From: Bacillota bacterium
Lineage (GTDB): Bacteria; Bacillota_I; Bacilli_A; RF39; UBA660
Reading direction: 5' to 3'
Assembly (NCBI GenBank): GCA_015059155.1
Contig: SVAX01000001.1
Location: 26,247-90,246 of the forward strand
Length of the DNA: 64,000 nt
Under the pieces are notes generated by a model. The model was not told the DNA's origin and made no database searches. It saw nothing but the letters and a program-made list of their open reading frames with translations. The position numbers were made by a program, and so were the translations under genes. Position 1 is the first letter of the stretch; each line of letters opens with the position of its first letter. Positions 45,028 through 53,826 of this stretch are shown in pieces.

Positions 45028-46783
45028 TTTGTAACTCCTCCTTTGATAGTTGTGATAAAGCAATTTCTTTATAAACTTTACATTTCTTTAAAAGTTCCTT
45101 ATGTGTTCCTATACCTACACATTCACCCTTATCAAGTACAACTATTTTATCTGCATTTATAATAGTTCCTATTCTTTGAGCAACTATCATACATGTTGCA
45201 TCCTTAGTATATTTCTTCAATTCTCTTCTAAGTACTGAATCGGTTTTATAATCAAGTGCTGAGAAAGAATCATCAAATATATATATTTCAGGATCTCTAG
45301 CTATGGCTCTTGCAATAGCTAATCTTTGTTTTTGACCACCTGATACATTAGTACCACCTCTAGCTATATGAGAATCATAAGTCTTATCCATTTTAGTTAC
45401 AAAATCAGTACCTTGAGCAACTTCTATAGCCTCTTTAATTTTCTTTAAACTAGCTTGTTTTTTTCCATTATACCCATACCCTACATTAGATTTAATGGTA
45501 CCAGTAAACATAACTGCTTTTTGAGGTACATAGCCTATTTTATTATTTAAAGATTCTAAAGTATAATCTTTAACGTTTATTCCATCTATTAATATTTTTC
45601 CATCAGTTGCATCATAAAATCTTGGTACTAAATTTATTAAAGTACTTTTTCCACTACCAGTTGAACCTATAAACGCTATTGTTTCTCCCTTTTCTACTTT
45701 AAAACTTATATTTTTTAATAAGTATTCATCTGCATCCGGATACTTGAATGATACATTTTTAAATTCTACTGTACCTACTTCTTTAGTATCTTTTACATCT
45801 AACTCACCATCTTTGATAGATATATCACTATCTAATACTTCATTAATTCTTTTAGCTGAAACTTGTGCTCGTGGTAATATCATAAATATCATAGCAAGCA
45901 TTAAGAATGCTGATATTACTTGCATACCATAACTTGTAAATACGACCATATTACTAAACAAATTAATTTTATCTAGTAAACCTGCATTATTTATTAAAAT
46001 TGATCCTATTATATATATTCCTAAAGTTAAACCATGCATAACAAGATTCATAATAGGATTAAGTATCGCAAAACATTTTTGATTAAACATTTGCATACTT
46101 GTTAAATTACTATTAACATTTTCAAACCTTTTTTGTTGATATTTTTCTGCATTAAATGCTCTTATAACCCTAATACCAGTTAAGTTCTCTCTTGTCACTC
46201 CATTAACTTTATCTATTAATTTTTGAACTTTTTCAAATCTAGGAAATACTATTATAAGTAACGTTATAACTGTTAATAAAAGTATTACTACACAAGCACC
46301 TGTAAGCATACTCCACTCTAAATTTTTATTAAGTATTTTAGATACTGCCCATATAGCCATAATAGGTGCTTTTATAAGCATTTGAAGTCCCATAGCAATA
46401 AACATCTCAAGTTGAGTAACATCATTTGTAGTACGTGTTATTAAACTACTAGTTTCAAACTTCTTTATTTCTTCCATTCCAAATTTACCAACTTTTCTAA
46501 ATATTTTTCTTCTTAAATTTAAAGAAAAATTAGCAGATAATCTAGAAGTTAAAAAGCCAACTATAATAGCAGATGTTAAACTACCTAAAGCACATAATAA
46601 CATAAATCCACCTTGAAGTATTATATCCGCCATAGTACTACCTTTTGTTTGTATAAGAGTTGTTATTGAACTCATATAATCAGGTAATTTTAAATCCAAC
46701 CATACTTGTACTGCTATAAGTATGAAGATTGTTAATACTATTAGCCAATCTTTCTTTGTAAAATTTTTGAACATCTTAAACAT
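45020..46783 (-). CDS. ABC exporter, fused permease/ATPase subunit, first gene
   Basis: Walker A GSTGSGKST, signature SGGQKQR, Walker B IYIFDDSFS. It overlaps the partner gene by 8 nt. Confidence 0.85.
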   Translation of the reverse strand: MFKMFKNFTKKDWLIVLTIFILIAVQVWLDLKLPDYMSSITTLIQTKGSTMADIILQGGFMLLCALGSLTSAIIVGFLTSRLSANFSLNLRRKIFRKVGKFGMEEIKKFETSSLITRTTNDVTQLEMFIAMGLQMLIKAPIMAIWAVSKILNKNLEWSMLTGACVVILLLTVITLLIIVFPRFEKVQKLIDKVNGVTRENLTGIRVIRAFNAEKYQQKRFENVNSNLTSMQMFNQKCFAILNPIMNLVMHGLTLGIYIIGSILINNAGLLDKINLFSNMVVFTSYGMQVISAFLMLAMIFMILPRAQVSAKRINEVLDSDISIKDGELDVKDTKEVGTVEFKNVSFKYPDADEYLLKNISFKVEKGETIAFIGSTGSGKSTLINLVPRFYDATDGKILIDGINVKDYTLESLNNKIGYVPQKAVMFTGTIKSNVGYGYNGKKQASLKKIKEAIEVAQGTDFVTKMDKTYDSHIARGGTNVSGGQKQRLAIARAIARDPEIYIFDDSFSALDYKTDSVLRRELKKYTKDATCMIVAQRIGTIINADKIVVLDKGECVGIGTHKELLKKCKVYKEIALSQLSKEELQNG

Positions 46784-46902
46784 TTTATCACCTCTTTAAT
46801 TATATACTATTTATTATAATTAGTGTATAATTTTTTTATTTTTACAAGTATTCTAAATATATACCTATTTATATCGATTGTCAATTATTTTCACCAAAAG
46901 TT

Positions 46903-46931
46903 CAAAAAAAAAGAATTCAAATTGAATTCTT
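46903..46931 (-). terminator. Terminator downstream of 46945..48408
   Basis: Palindrome AAGAATTCAA-A-TTGAATTCTT followed by T7 on the minus strand. Confidence 0.6.
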
Positions 46932-46944
46932 AATTGTATTTTTG

Positions 46945-48408
46945 TTATTTACTGCTTCTTAATCGATTCATATTTTCTTCATATTTGTTTGCACTTTCTT
47001 CAAAATTATAATTAATTGTTCCACCATTATAATCAAAATTTAATTCTTTTTTATCTTTAAAATAACTATCTTTTATTATTTCAATTGTTGCTTGAATAAT
47101 TTCATCTTGCTTATCTTCACTTGAATTAATAAATTTTTCCTCTGTCGCATCTACAAATAATCTTTCCATTAAGTATGAAAATTCACAATATAACTGTCCT
47201 TTATATATACCATCCATTTTAAAAATGTATTCTACAGGAGTATTGATTCCATTTTTATACATCAAATCATATAAACTTATTCCCTTATAATTAAATAACT
47301 GACCTATAGAGACATTACATAGATTAGCAATAACTCTTAATTCTTCTTCATATAGTTCATAAAAAGTACTAACATTGTAATCACTAGTTGCTAAATGAGC
47401 AATTAAATTAGCGCCACCTTCATTAACCATAATACCTACTGAATAACCAGTATATCTATTATCGGTTGGTAACATTAAATAATTTGTACAATCAAATACT
47501 ATTAACGAATTTTCAGTTTCTTCTCTATATGCTAATGTGCCATGACCCAATGTTTCGTGAATAAATTCAAACTTTTCTAACGGTTTATCACTTGGTAGGT
47601 AAACTATTCCAGATACTGAATCAAAATATGCATATACTGAATCTCTATTTGTAGTATTAATCATTTCTTCAGAAGAGAGATATTTAACTTTCATTCTTTT
47701 AGCATTAACATATAAAACACTTAAATCTATATCTTTAAGTTCTTCAGCATTTCGCATATTATTAATGCCGTCTAAAATTATACTTTTTTTGTCATCATCA
47801 ATGTTTTCATTATTTTGAAATACTGTAATCACATCATCCCAAGTAGGAATAAAATCTATATTATTAAATTTTCTAAATTCTTCATAATTTTGAAGTGTAA
47901 TTTGATTTTTGTTATCACTATTTACAAATTCATTAACAAAAATATAATCATTACCATCATATTCTTTATTTATTACATCCATATTATAACTTTTAAAATA
48001 ATTATAAATTTCTTGATTTTTGTCTTGTACCTCAACAATTGATGAACTTTCAATATTACTTGTATTATTTATATCGTTTGTTTGAGTACAACCACACATA
48101 GATAAAACTAAAACTAGTGATAATAGTCCACTTGTAGTTCTTATTAAGGGAGTAATATCGATATTTATGTTAAGTAAAGTTTTTTTAATTCTTTTCAAAT
48201 CATTTATTATATTAAAATATAATGTATTATCATTAGAATAAAATTTACTATATAATTCTTTAAATGTATCAATATCAGGATAATCAAAGTTATTTGTAGC
48301 TGAATTATACTCTAAAAAATAAAATGGATAATTTTTAGATATTAAATAAATATATTCTTTATTATTATATTTAAAACTATATAAGTATTTAAAATTTTCT
48401 CTTTTCAT
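46945..48408 (-). CDS. Hypothetical bitopic membrane protein (about 90 aa cytoplasmic, one TM, about 370 aa extracytoplasmic)
   Basis: Single internal hydrophobic segment GLLSLVLVLSMCGC. No family recognised. Confidence 0.5.
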   Translation of the reverse strand: MKRENFKYLYSFKYNNKEYIYLISKNYPFYFLEYNSATNNFDYPDIDTFKELYSKFYSNDNTLYFNIINDLKRIKKTLLNINIDITPLIRTTSGLLSLVLVLSMCGCTQTNDINNTSNIESSSIVEVQDKNQEIYNYFKSYNMDVINKEYDGNDYIFVNEFVNSDNKNQITLQNYEEFRKFNNIDFIPTWDDVITVFQNNENIDDDKKSIILDGINNMRNAEELKDIDLSVLYVNAKRMKVKYLSSEEMINTTNRDSVYAYFDSVSGIVYLPSDKPLEKFEFIHETLGHGTLAYREETENSLIVFDCTNYLMLPTDNRYTGYSVGIMVNEGGANLIAHLATSDYNVSTFYELYEEELRVIANLCNVSIGQLFNYKGISLYDLMYKNGINTPVEYIFKMDGIYKGQLYCEFSYLMERLFVDATEEKFINSSEDKQDEIIQATIEIIKDSYFKDKKELNFDYNGGTINYNFEESANKYEENMNRLRSSK

Positions 48409-48670
48409 AATTTATTTACCTCCATATATATATTTTACCATAAAAAATATTGTTTTAAATTATCAAAATTATTTTTATATTTTACACTATCTTATTTTAA
48501 TTGTTTTATTTAAACGCCTTTTTAATTCCTAGTGATACACTTCAACAAAAAAAGAAAAAAGTTCATAATATAGTTTTTTTTAACATTATATAAAAAAATA
48601 CCAACTTCTTTTAGAAATTGATACTTATATATTTAAGTCCTAACTATAAAAGTTCGGACAGATTTCCCAA

Positions 48671-48744
48671 TGGAGGGCCTAGTCGGATTTGAACCAACGA
48701 TCAGGGAGTTGCAGTCCCACGCCTTACCACTTGGCTATAGACCC
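48671..48744 (-). tRNA. tRNA-Cys (anticodon GCA), CCA encoded
   Basis: Manual fold: acceptor GGGTCTA/TAGGCCC, anticodon loop CTGCAAC, and T arm GTTGG-TTCAAAT-CCGAC. Confidence 0.8.
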
Positions 48745-48822
48745 GTTTTGTTAATACTATTATAGTATAACAAAATTAAATTTATTTTTCAATATATTTT
48801 ATATAAATATTTAACAAAATTA

Positions 48823-49165
48823 TGGTGGAGCCGAGGAGAATCGCACTCCTGTCCAAATACACTAACACAATAACGTCTACAAGTTTAGTTGATTAATAAA
48901 TGTCCTATTAAATACGTTAATCAACAAACAATTTAATAGTAAGTCTATATTATTCGTTATTATTTATAGACATCATAATAATATATCCTACTCATTCGAG
49001 CCTCATATAAATCTCGTAGGAAAAGATTTACTGAAGCAGCCTTCTATTTATCTTAAGCGAAAGCTAATTGATTTCTGTTTCCAGTTATTTTATTTTGGGA
49101 TTTGACGTATCACCTTACGACTTGCGATTAGAGCTCAAGTATACCTGTCGAAACTAGACGGCCCC
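48823..49165 (-). ncRNA. ssrA: tmRNA (SsrA)
   Basis: 5' end GGGGCCGTCTAGTTTCGACAGG and 3' end GGACAGGAGTGCGATTCTCCTCGGCTCCACCA, which is tRNA-Ala-like. The internal tag frame ends ...GGA AAC AGA AAT CAA TTA GCT TTC GCT TAA (…GNRNQLAFA stop). Confidence 0.9.
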
Positions 49166-49174
49166 GTAAGAAGA

Positions 49175-49203
49175 ATTATAGCACTAATTTTATCAATAGT
49201 CAA
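49175..49203 (-). promoter_or_regulatory. Promoter of ssrA
   Basis: TTGACT, a 17-nt spacer, then TATAAT, 9 nt upstream of the GGGG 5' end. Confidence 0.65.
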
Positions 49204-49283
49204 TTTCCCTAAACTTAATTATTATAGAATATTTATAACATTCACTAACATTGATTTATCTTATTTAATAAACAATTTTAAAT

Positions 49284-49547
49284 CTATTGATTTTGGATAT
49301 TAGAAAGAATTACTAATAATTGTTTTTGTATTTCAAAAATATCATCATATATAAATGTTAAAAAATCATTCTCAGGCATTTGTGAATTTAAATTATAATT
49401 TTTAATTTTAAAATCATTTTGAATGCCATGATATATTTCTAATTTTTTTAATAATTCTCCTATAAACATTAATTCACTACTTATTGCATCTTTTTTATCG
49501 TCAAGTTCTAATGCCTCAAACTTATTTTTTAAATTTAAACTGATCAT
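49284..49547 (-). CDS. Hypothetical small helical protein (87 aa), translationally coupled to the repeat protein
   Basis: ATGA start/stop overlap with the upstream gene. No family recognised. Confidence 0.5.
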   Translation of the reverse strand: MISLNLKNKFEALELDDKKDAISSELMFIGELLKKLEIYHGIQNDFKIKNYNLNSQMPENDFLTFIYDDIFEIQKQLLVILSNIQNQ

Positions 49548-50647
49548 ATATGTTTTACCTCTTCAATTTCATTTGATTTTGTATTAGATAAATTTCTTTC
49601 TATTTCTTGTTTTCTAGCATTGATAAATTCTTGTCTTTTTTCCTCTTGATTTTGTTTAAATCTTTGATAAGGTGTTAATTCATTTTCTCCATAAATCATT
49701 ACCTGGTGCCAATTTACATTTTTTCCACTTAACTCCTCATATATTAAATTAAGACCTGGAATCATATTCCCATTACGTTCAAATTGTTTACCATAATGTT
49801 GCCCTAAATCAGCAGGTATAGGCATAGTGAAAACGATATCCAATCTTCTTTGCTGTTGCCATAAATTTTCTTTTATATCTTCTGGAATTTTAATTGCATT
49901 TAAATCACTAAAATTCCATTGATGTTTTTTTAATACATATAAATATTTCTCATATATTGTTATTAAACTTTCTATTTCTTTCTTTGTGCTTTCTATTTTA
50001 ATTCTATCATTTTTGTCAACTTTTTTTAATTCAAAAGATTTCATATAAAGCTTTTCAAATAATTGTTCAATAAATTTTCTTATAATCCCATTTGACTGCA
50101 TACTTCTTATTGCTGCTGCCTCAAATTGATTTTCATCTGTTATAAGTGGATTATTAATTAAATTATTAAAATATTCATTGTATGGAATATCTTGTTTTCT
50201 TTTTTCTGCAACTTGAGCTTCCATAATTCTTATATCTGATTCATTTAAATTTTCTGCTGATCCATAATGTTGATATGTTGGTTTTACTTCATTTCTTCTA
50301 GCTCTTATCTCTGCTTCCATACTTTCTATTTCTGAACCATTTAAATTTTCTGCTGATCCATAATGTTGGTATGTTGGTTTTACTTCATTTCTTCTAGCAT
50401 TTATTTCTGCTTCCATACTTTCTATTTCTGAACCATTTAAATTTTCTGCTGATCCATAATGTTGGTATGTTGGTTTTACTTCATTTCTTCTAGTTCTTAT
50501 CTCTGCTTCCATACTTTCTATTTCTGAACCATTTAAATTTTCTGCTGATCCATAATGTTGGTATGTTGGTTTTACTTCATTTCTTCTAGCATTTATTTCT
50601 GCTTCCATATTTTTTATCTCTATATCGTTTAAATTTTCCATGTTCAT
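49544..50647 (-). CDS. Hypothetical protein with four N-terminal 32-aa tandem repeats and an unrecognised C-terminal domain of about 200 aa
   Basis: Strong SD (AGGAGGG) and its own TTGATA-17-TAGAAT promoter at 50668-50696. Repeat unit: EIESMEAEI(N/R)(A/T)RRNEVKPTYQHYGSAENLNGS. Confidence 0.6.
   Translation of the reverse strand: MNMENLNDIEIKNMEAEINARRNEVKPTYQHYGSAENLNGSEIESMEAEIRTRRNEVKPTYQHYGSAENLNGSEIESMEAEINARRNEVKPTYQHYGSAENLNGSEIESMEAEIRARRNEVKPTYQHYGSAENLNESDIRIMEAQVAEKRKQDIPYNEYFNNLINNPLITDENQFEAAAIRSMQSNGIIRKFIEQLFEKLYMKSFELKKVDKNDRIKIESTKKEIESLITIYEKYLYVLKKHQWNFSDLNAIKIPEDIKENLWQQQRRLDIVFTMPIPADLGQHYGKQFERNGNMIPGLNLIYEELSGKNVNWHQVMIYGENELTPYQRFKQNQEEKRQEFINARKQEIERNLSNTKSNEIEEVKHI
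50230..50645. repeat. Tandem repeat, 96-bp unit, about 4.3 copies, in frame within the CDS
   Basis: The string tgctgatccataatgttg recurs at 50255, 50351, 50447 and 50543 (96-nt period), with only a few substitutions between units. Confidence 0.9.
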
Positions 50648-50692
50648 ATATTGACCCTCCTAGTATAATTCTATCATATAAATTATTGTATA

Positions 50693-50902
50693 TCAATAGT
50701 CAATTCTTATTGCTTTTGTAATTACGTCTATATATGAAAAAGATTTAACTCCTAAATCAGTATCTACTAAAAACACATAATCATAAAGTTCCTTTATTTT
50801 AGCCTCATATTCTTCATACTTATTTCTACCTAAACTATATTTAATTGATACTTGATCACCTAAGTGTTCTAACATTTCTTTTTTTACACTCGATATTGTC
50901 AT
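50693..50902 (-). CDS. veg: Veg-like protein
   Basis: 69 aa. The pattern L..HLG..V.......R.........I.E.Y...F.V......SFSY.D..T recalls Veg (DUF1021). It lies directly downstream of yabG, as in Bacillus. Confidence 0.65.
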   Translation of the reverse strand: MTISSVKKEMLEHLGDQVSIKYSLGRNKYEEYEAKIKELYDYVFLVDTDLGVKSFSYIDVITKAIRIDY

Positions 50903-51678
50903 CTTGGATACCCCATATACATTGTACCTTTAGTAATAATACCACCTATCCCTTCTTTTCCATATTTAGTACTAGATATTATATCTTTTAGATCTATATC
51001 TTTATTTATATCTGATAAACTCATACGACTAGCTATTATTGCAGGATCTAAAGCATGTATATTTATTCTTTTAGGGCTAGACGCAAAATTAGCACCTGCT
51101 CTTATTAATTCCTCATAATCTGATTGACAAGCACCTGCTATTATAATTAATTTTTCATGGCTTTTTTCAAATCGTCTAGCTTCTTTTACTGCTTTAACAA
51201 AATTAATACTATTTTTATAACTATTTATATCGTGAATACCTCCTTTTTTCTTATAATAAGCATCATGACCCGTTATCACAAGTATATTTGGATTATATTC
51301 TTCTAAATATTCTCTTATTTTTTTAGGTACTATATTTTCATCTTCACATATTCCCATAGCCATTAAATTAATATTATTATAATATTTTAAACATCTATCT
51401 AAATATTCTCTATCTCCATCTATATGAAGAATTTTTCCAGGAAGATAAAAGTAATCATCTCTATCTAAACTAGTTGAATCTTTAACTCTTTCTACTACAT
51501 CTTTATCATCACTCATCTTGAAATCAGTTTTAACTAAATCTTCTATGTCACTATCTGCATATAATCTTACATTCGCACCCTTTAAATAACAAATATCTTC
51601 TTCTATACCTATTACTTTAAAAATCATATCATGATTGTGAGATGTTCTAGTTACATAATCTCCTACTTTTATATCCAT
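50899..51678 (-). CDS. yabG: Sporulation-specific protease YabG
   Basis: VGDYVTR...HDMIFKV N-terminus, HIDGD..YL, VITGHDAY, GACQS and NIHALDPA blocks typical of YabG (peptidase U57). Confidence 0.75.
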   Translation of the reverse strand: MDIKVGDYVTRTSHNHDMIFKVIGIEEDICYLKGANVRLYADSDIEDLVKTDFKMSDDKDVVERVKDSTSLDRDDYFYLPGKILHIDGDREYLDRCLKYYNNINLMAMGICEDENIVPKKIREYLEEYNPNILVITGHDAYYKKKGGIHDINSYKNSINFVKAVKEARRFEKSHEKLIIIAGACQSDYEELIRAGANFASSPKRINIHALDPAIIASRMSLSDINKDIDLKDIISSTKYGKEGIGGIITKGTMYMGYPR

Positions 51679-51742
51679 ATCATCACCAATAAATTATATG
51701 ATTAAAAAAATATTTTATTAAAAAAACACCTTAAAAGTGTTT

Positions 51743-52171
51743 TTAATCTCCCTCTCTTATTGGGTTATATATATTTTTATTGTTAACATTTATAATTGTT
51801 TTATTATATTGATAAGTATATACCTTTGTTTTAGGTTTTTCTTCTTCGTATATTCCATCACTTATAATAGTATATCCTAAATTTGTATAATATCTTTTTA
51901 AGTAACTTTTAATTGGATCTCTCATTCTTGGAATTCTACAATAAAAACGACCTCTATATCCATAAAGTTTAATTGCACCTATATATTCTATCAAAAAGTC
52001 TTCTTCATCATATATATTATTTTTACCTATAGTTTTGTTATATAAATCAGTAAGATTATGTTTTCTTATCCATTCCCAAGCTGTTTTTCTATGACCATTA
52101 CCTGAAGATAATTCTTCTTTCCAATCATTATTAAAAATAATAAATCCTATTCTTATTTTTGGATCTCTCAT
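51743..52171 (-). CDS. Hypothetical protein (142 aa)
   Basis: ORF with local codon usage. No motif recognised. Confidence 0.45.
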   Translation of the reverse strand: MRDPKIRIGFIIFNNDWKEELSSGNGHRKTAWEWIRKHNLTDLYNKTIGKNNIYDEEDFLIEYIGAIKLYGYRGRFYCRIPRMRDPIKSYLKRYYTNLGYTIISDGIYEEEKPKTKVYTYQYNKTIINVNNKNIYNPIREGD

Positions 52172-52291
52172 TTAAATTTCACGCCTTTCGTTTAATGATG
52201 TTATTGTATTATATAACTTTTTAAATATTTTTTCAAATTCACATATGAATAGTATCTTACAATTTATTTATACTAATAACGGAGGAATTTT

Positions 52292-52777
52292 ATGTTAATA
52301 TATACAGCTATATTCTTTTCTAAAATAATTGAGAATGCAATTAGTACTTTAAGGCTTATAGTAGTATCAAATGGTAAAAAAAAATTAGGTGCTTTTCTTC
52401 AAGGTATTGTCGCACTAGTTTGGATATTTGGTACTGGTATTGTCATTGTAGATATTAATAAAGATGTATTTAAAATAGTTATATTTATTATTGGATCGAT
52501 AGTAGGTTCTTATTTAGGAAGTATTATAGAAGAAAAGCTTGCTTTAGGTAGTAATATGTTAATATGTGTTGTAAAGGAAAAAAATGAAAAAATAATTAAA
52601 AATAAATTAAGTAATTATCAAATAACTACTATATGCGAGAAAGATAATGAATATTCTATTTTACTTATATTATTAAAAAGAAAGGAAATTAATAAGATAA
52701 GTAACATTATAAAAAAAATAGATAAAGATTCTATTATAATAAGTGAAAAAGCAAAAAATATTAGTAATATAGTCTAA
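52292..52777 (+). CDS. UPF0316-family membrane protein (DUF2179 C-terminal domain)
   Basis: N-terminus FFSKIIENAISTLRLIVVSNGKKKLGAFLQG matches the UPF0316 pattern. It has three TM segments plus a small soluble C-terminal domain. Confidence 0.6.
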   Translation: MLIYTAIFFSKIIENAISTLRLIVVSNGKKKLGAFLQGIVALVWIFGTGIVIVDINKDVFKIVIFIIGSIVGSYLGSIIEEKLALGSNMLICVVKEKNEKIIKNKLSNYQITTICEKDNEYSILLILLKRKEINKISNIIKKIDKDSIIISEKAKNISNIV

Positions 52778-52825
52778 TATAATTTACCTAATTATTTATT
52801 TTAATATAATATATTAGGTGATTTA

Positions 52826-52999
52826 ATGAATAGATGGTGTCGTGGTAGAGGTTTATGGTGGTTACTATTAATTGCTTTCTGCTTGATTTTATTTTATCAA
52901 ATTATTCTTACTTTTTTTATATTTACAAGATTTAACTTTTTTTTAATTTTTATTTTTATGTTTTTTATATTCTTTTGTTTTTGTAAAATATTATGGTAA
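52826..52999 (+). CDS. Putative small hydrophobic peptide (57 aa)
   Basis: My own translation: MNRWCRGRGLWWLLLIAFCLILFYQIILTFFIFTRFNFFLIFIFMFFIFFCFCKILW. AGGTGA lies 4 nt before the ATG, and the stop abuts the bidirectional terminator. Confidence 0.35.
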   Translation: MNRWCRGRGLWWLLLIAFCLILFYQIILTFFIFTRFNFFLIFIFMFFIFFCFCKILW

Positions 53000-53023
53000 A
53001 ACCCCTGTTTAAAACAGGGGTTT
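52998..53023. terminator. Bidirectional GC-cored terminator
   Basis: AAACCCCTGTTT / AAACAGGGGTTT, a perfect palindrome. Confidence 0.7.
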
Positions 53024-53810
53024 AATGTACTATATGTCCTAATAGAACACTTACCAATAACAATATAATTCCTATTACTATTCCCGTAATAGCTATTTTT
53101 TTATTTTTCATATGATATATTTGATGGAATAATTCAAATATTGATATATATATAAGCATACCTAATGTAAGTCCTAAAAGTATTCCTTCTATAAGTTCAT
53201 TAACACCACCCAATATAAACATAAATAATCCACCAATGAAAGTAGCAAGTGAAACTATTAAACTTATTTTCATTGTATTATTTTTTGAATAATTAGATGC
53301 TGTAAGTGTAGATGATATAACAAGTCCCATAGGTATATTATGTAACCCTATTCCTATACAAAGTAATATTCCAGATGTTAAGCTTGTACTAGATACTAAA
53401 TATAAACTCATACCTTCTATTAAATTATGAGCGATTACAGCTATAGAAGAGATTATCCCTATGTGAAATAAATGTTCACCATAACATTTATCACTACTAT
53501 GCTTATGTTTATGGTGTGCCTCATGTTCATGATGAGGTACAAATAAATCTAATATTTTTAATAAAGTTATACCGATTAAAGAAAGCAATACTATTACTAT
53601 TATCGTTCTAATTATTCCTATTTCCCCATTTAATATTTCAAATGTTTCTGGTAATATTTCAAATAATATTAAACTTAATATAACTCCAAAAGCTATTGAT
53701 ATACTAAAATCAGTAAACTTTTTATTATCCTTATAATTTAATCCTATATAACTACCTAATAATATAAACAATCCTACTGCGAGTGTTAAAATAAGTGCGA
53801 CTAAATTCAT
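53022..53810 (-). CDS. zupT: ZIP-family divalent metal transporter (ZupT-like)
   Basis: His-rich loop HHEHEAHHKHKH, plus HNLIEGM and HNIPMG motifs. Confidence 0.75.
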   Translation of the reverse strand: MNLVALILTLAVGLFILLGSYIGLNYKDNKKFTDFSISIAFGVILSLILFEILPETFEILNGEIGIIRTIIVIVLLSLIGITLLKILDLFVPHHEHEAHHKHKHSSDKCYGEHLFHIGIISSIAVIAHNLIEGMSLYLVSSTSLTSGILLCIGIGLHNIPMGLVISSTLTASNYSKNNTMKISLIVSLATFIGGLFMFILGGVNELIEGILLGLTLGMLIYISIFELFHQIYHMKNKKIAITGIVIGIILLLVSVLLGHIVH

Positions 53811-53826
53811 ATTTCCTCCTACTTAA

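Noticed and set aside
47350-47600. HETLGH in the 487-aa membrane protein, considered as a zinc-metalloprotease motif.
   Set aside because: The spacing is HExxxH, not HExxH, and I recognised no third ligand motif. That is too weak to call a protease.
48409-49283. Possible genomic island or prophage integrated at tmRNA or tRNA-Cys.
   Set aside because: No integrase gene lies nearby, and I could not find a duplicated copy of the ssrA or tRNA 3' end in the window. ssrA has an intact 3' CCA end and a normal promoter.
50230-50645. Regular 96-bp repeats, considered as a possible CRISPR array or non-coding satellite.
   Set aside because: The units are contiguous with no unique spacers, they are an exact multiple of 3, and they stay in frame within a long ORF that has an SD. 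They are therefore coding tandem repeats. No CRISPR array was seen anywhere in the window.
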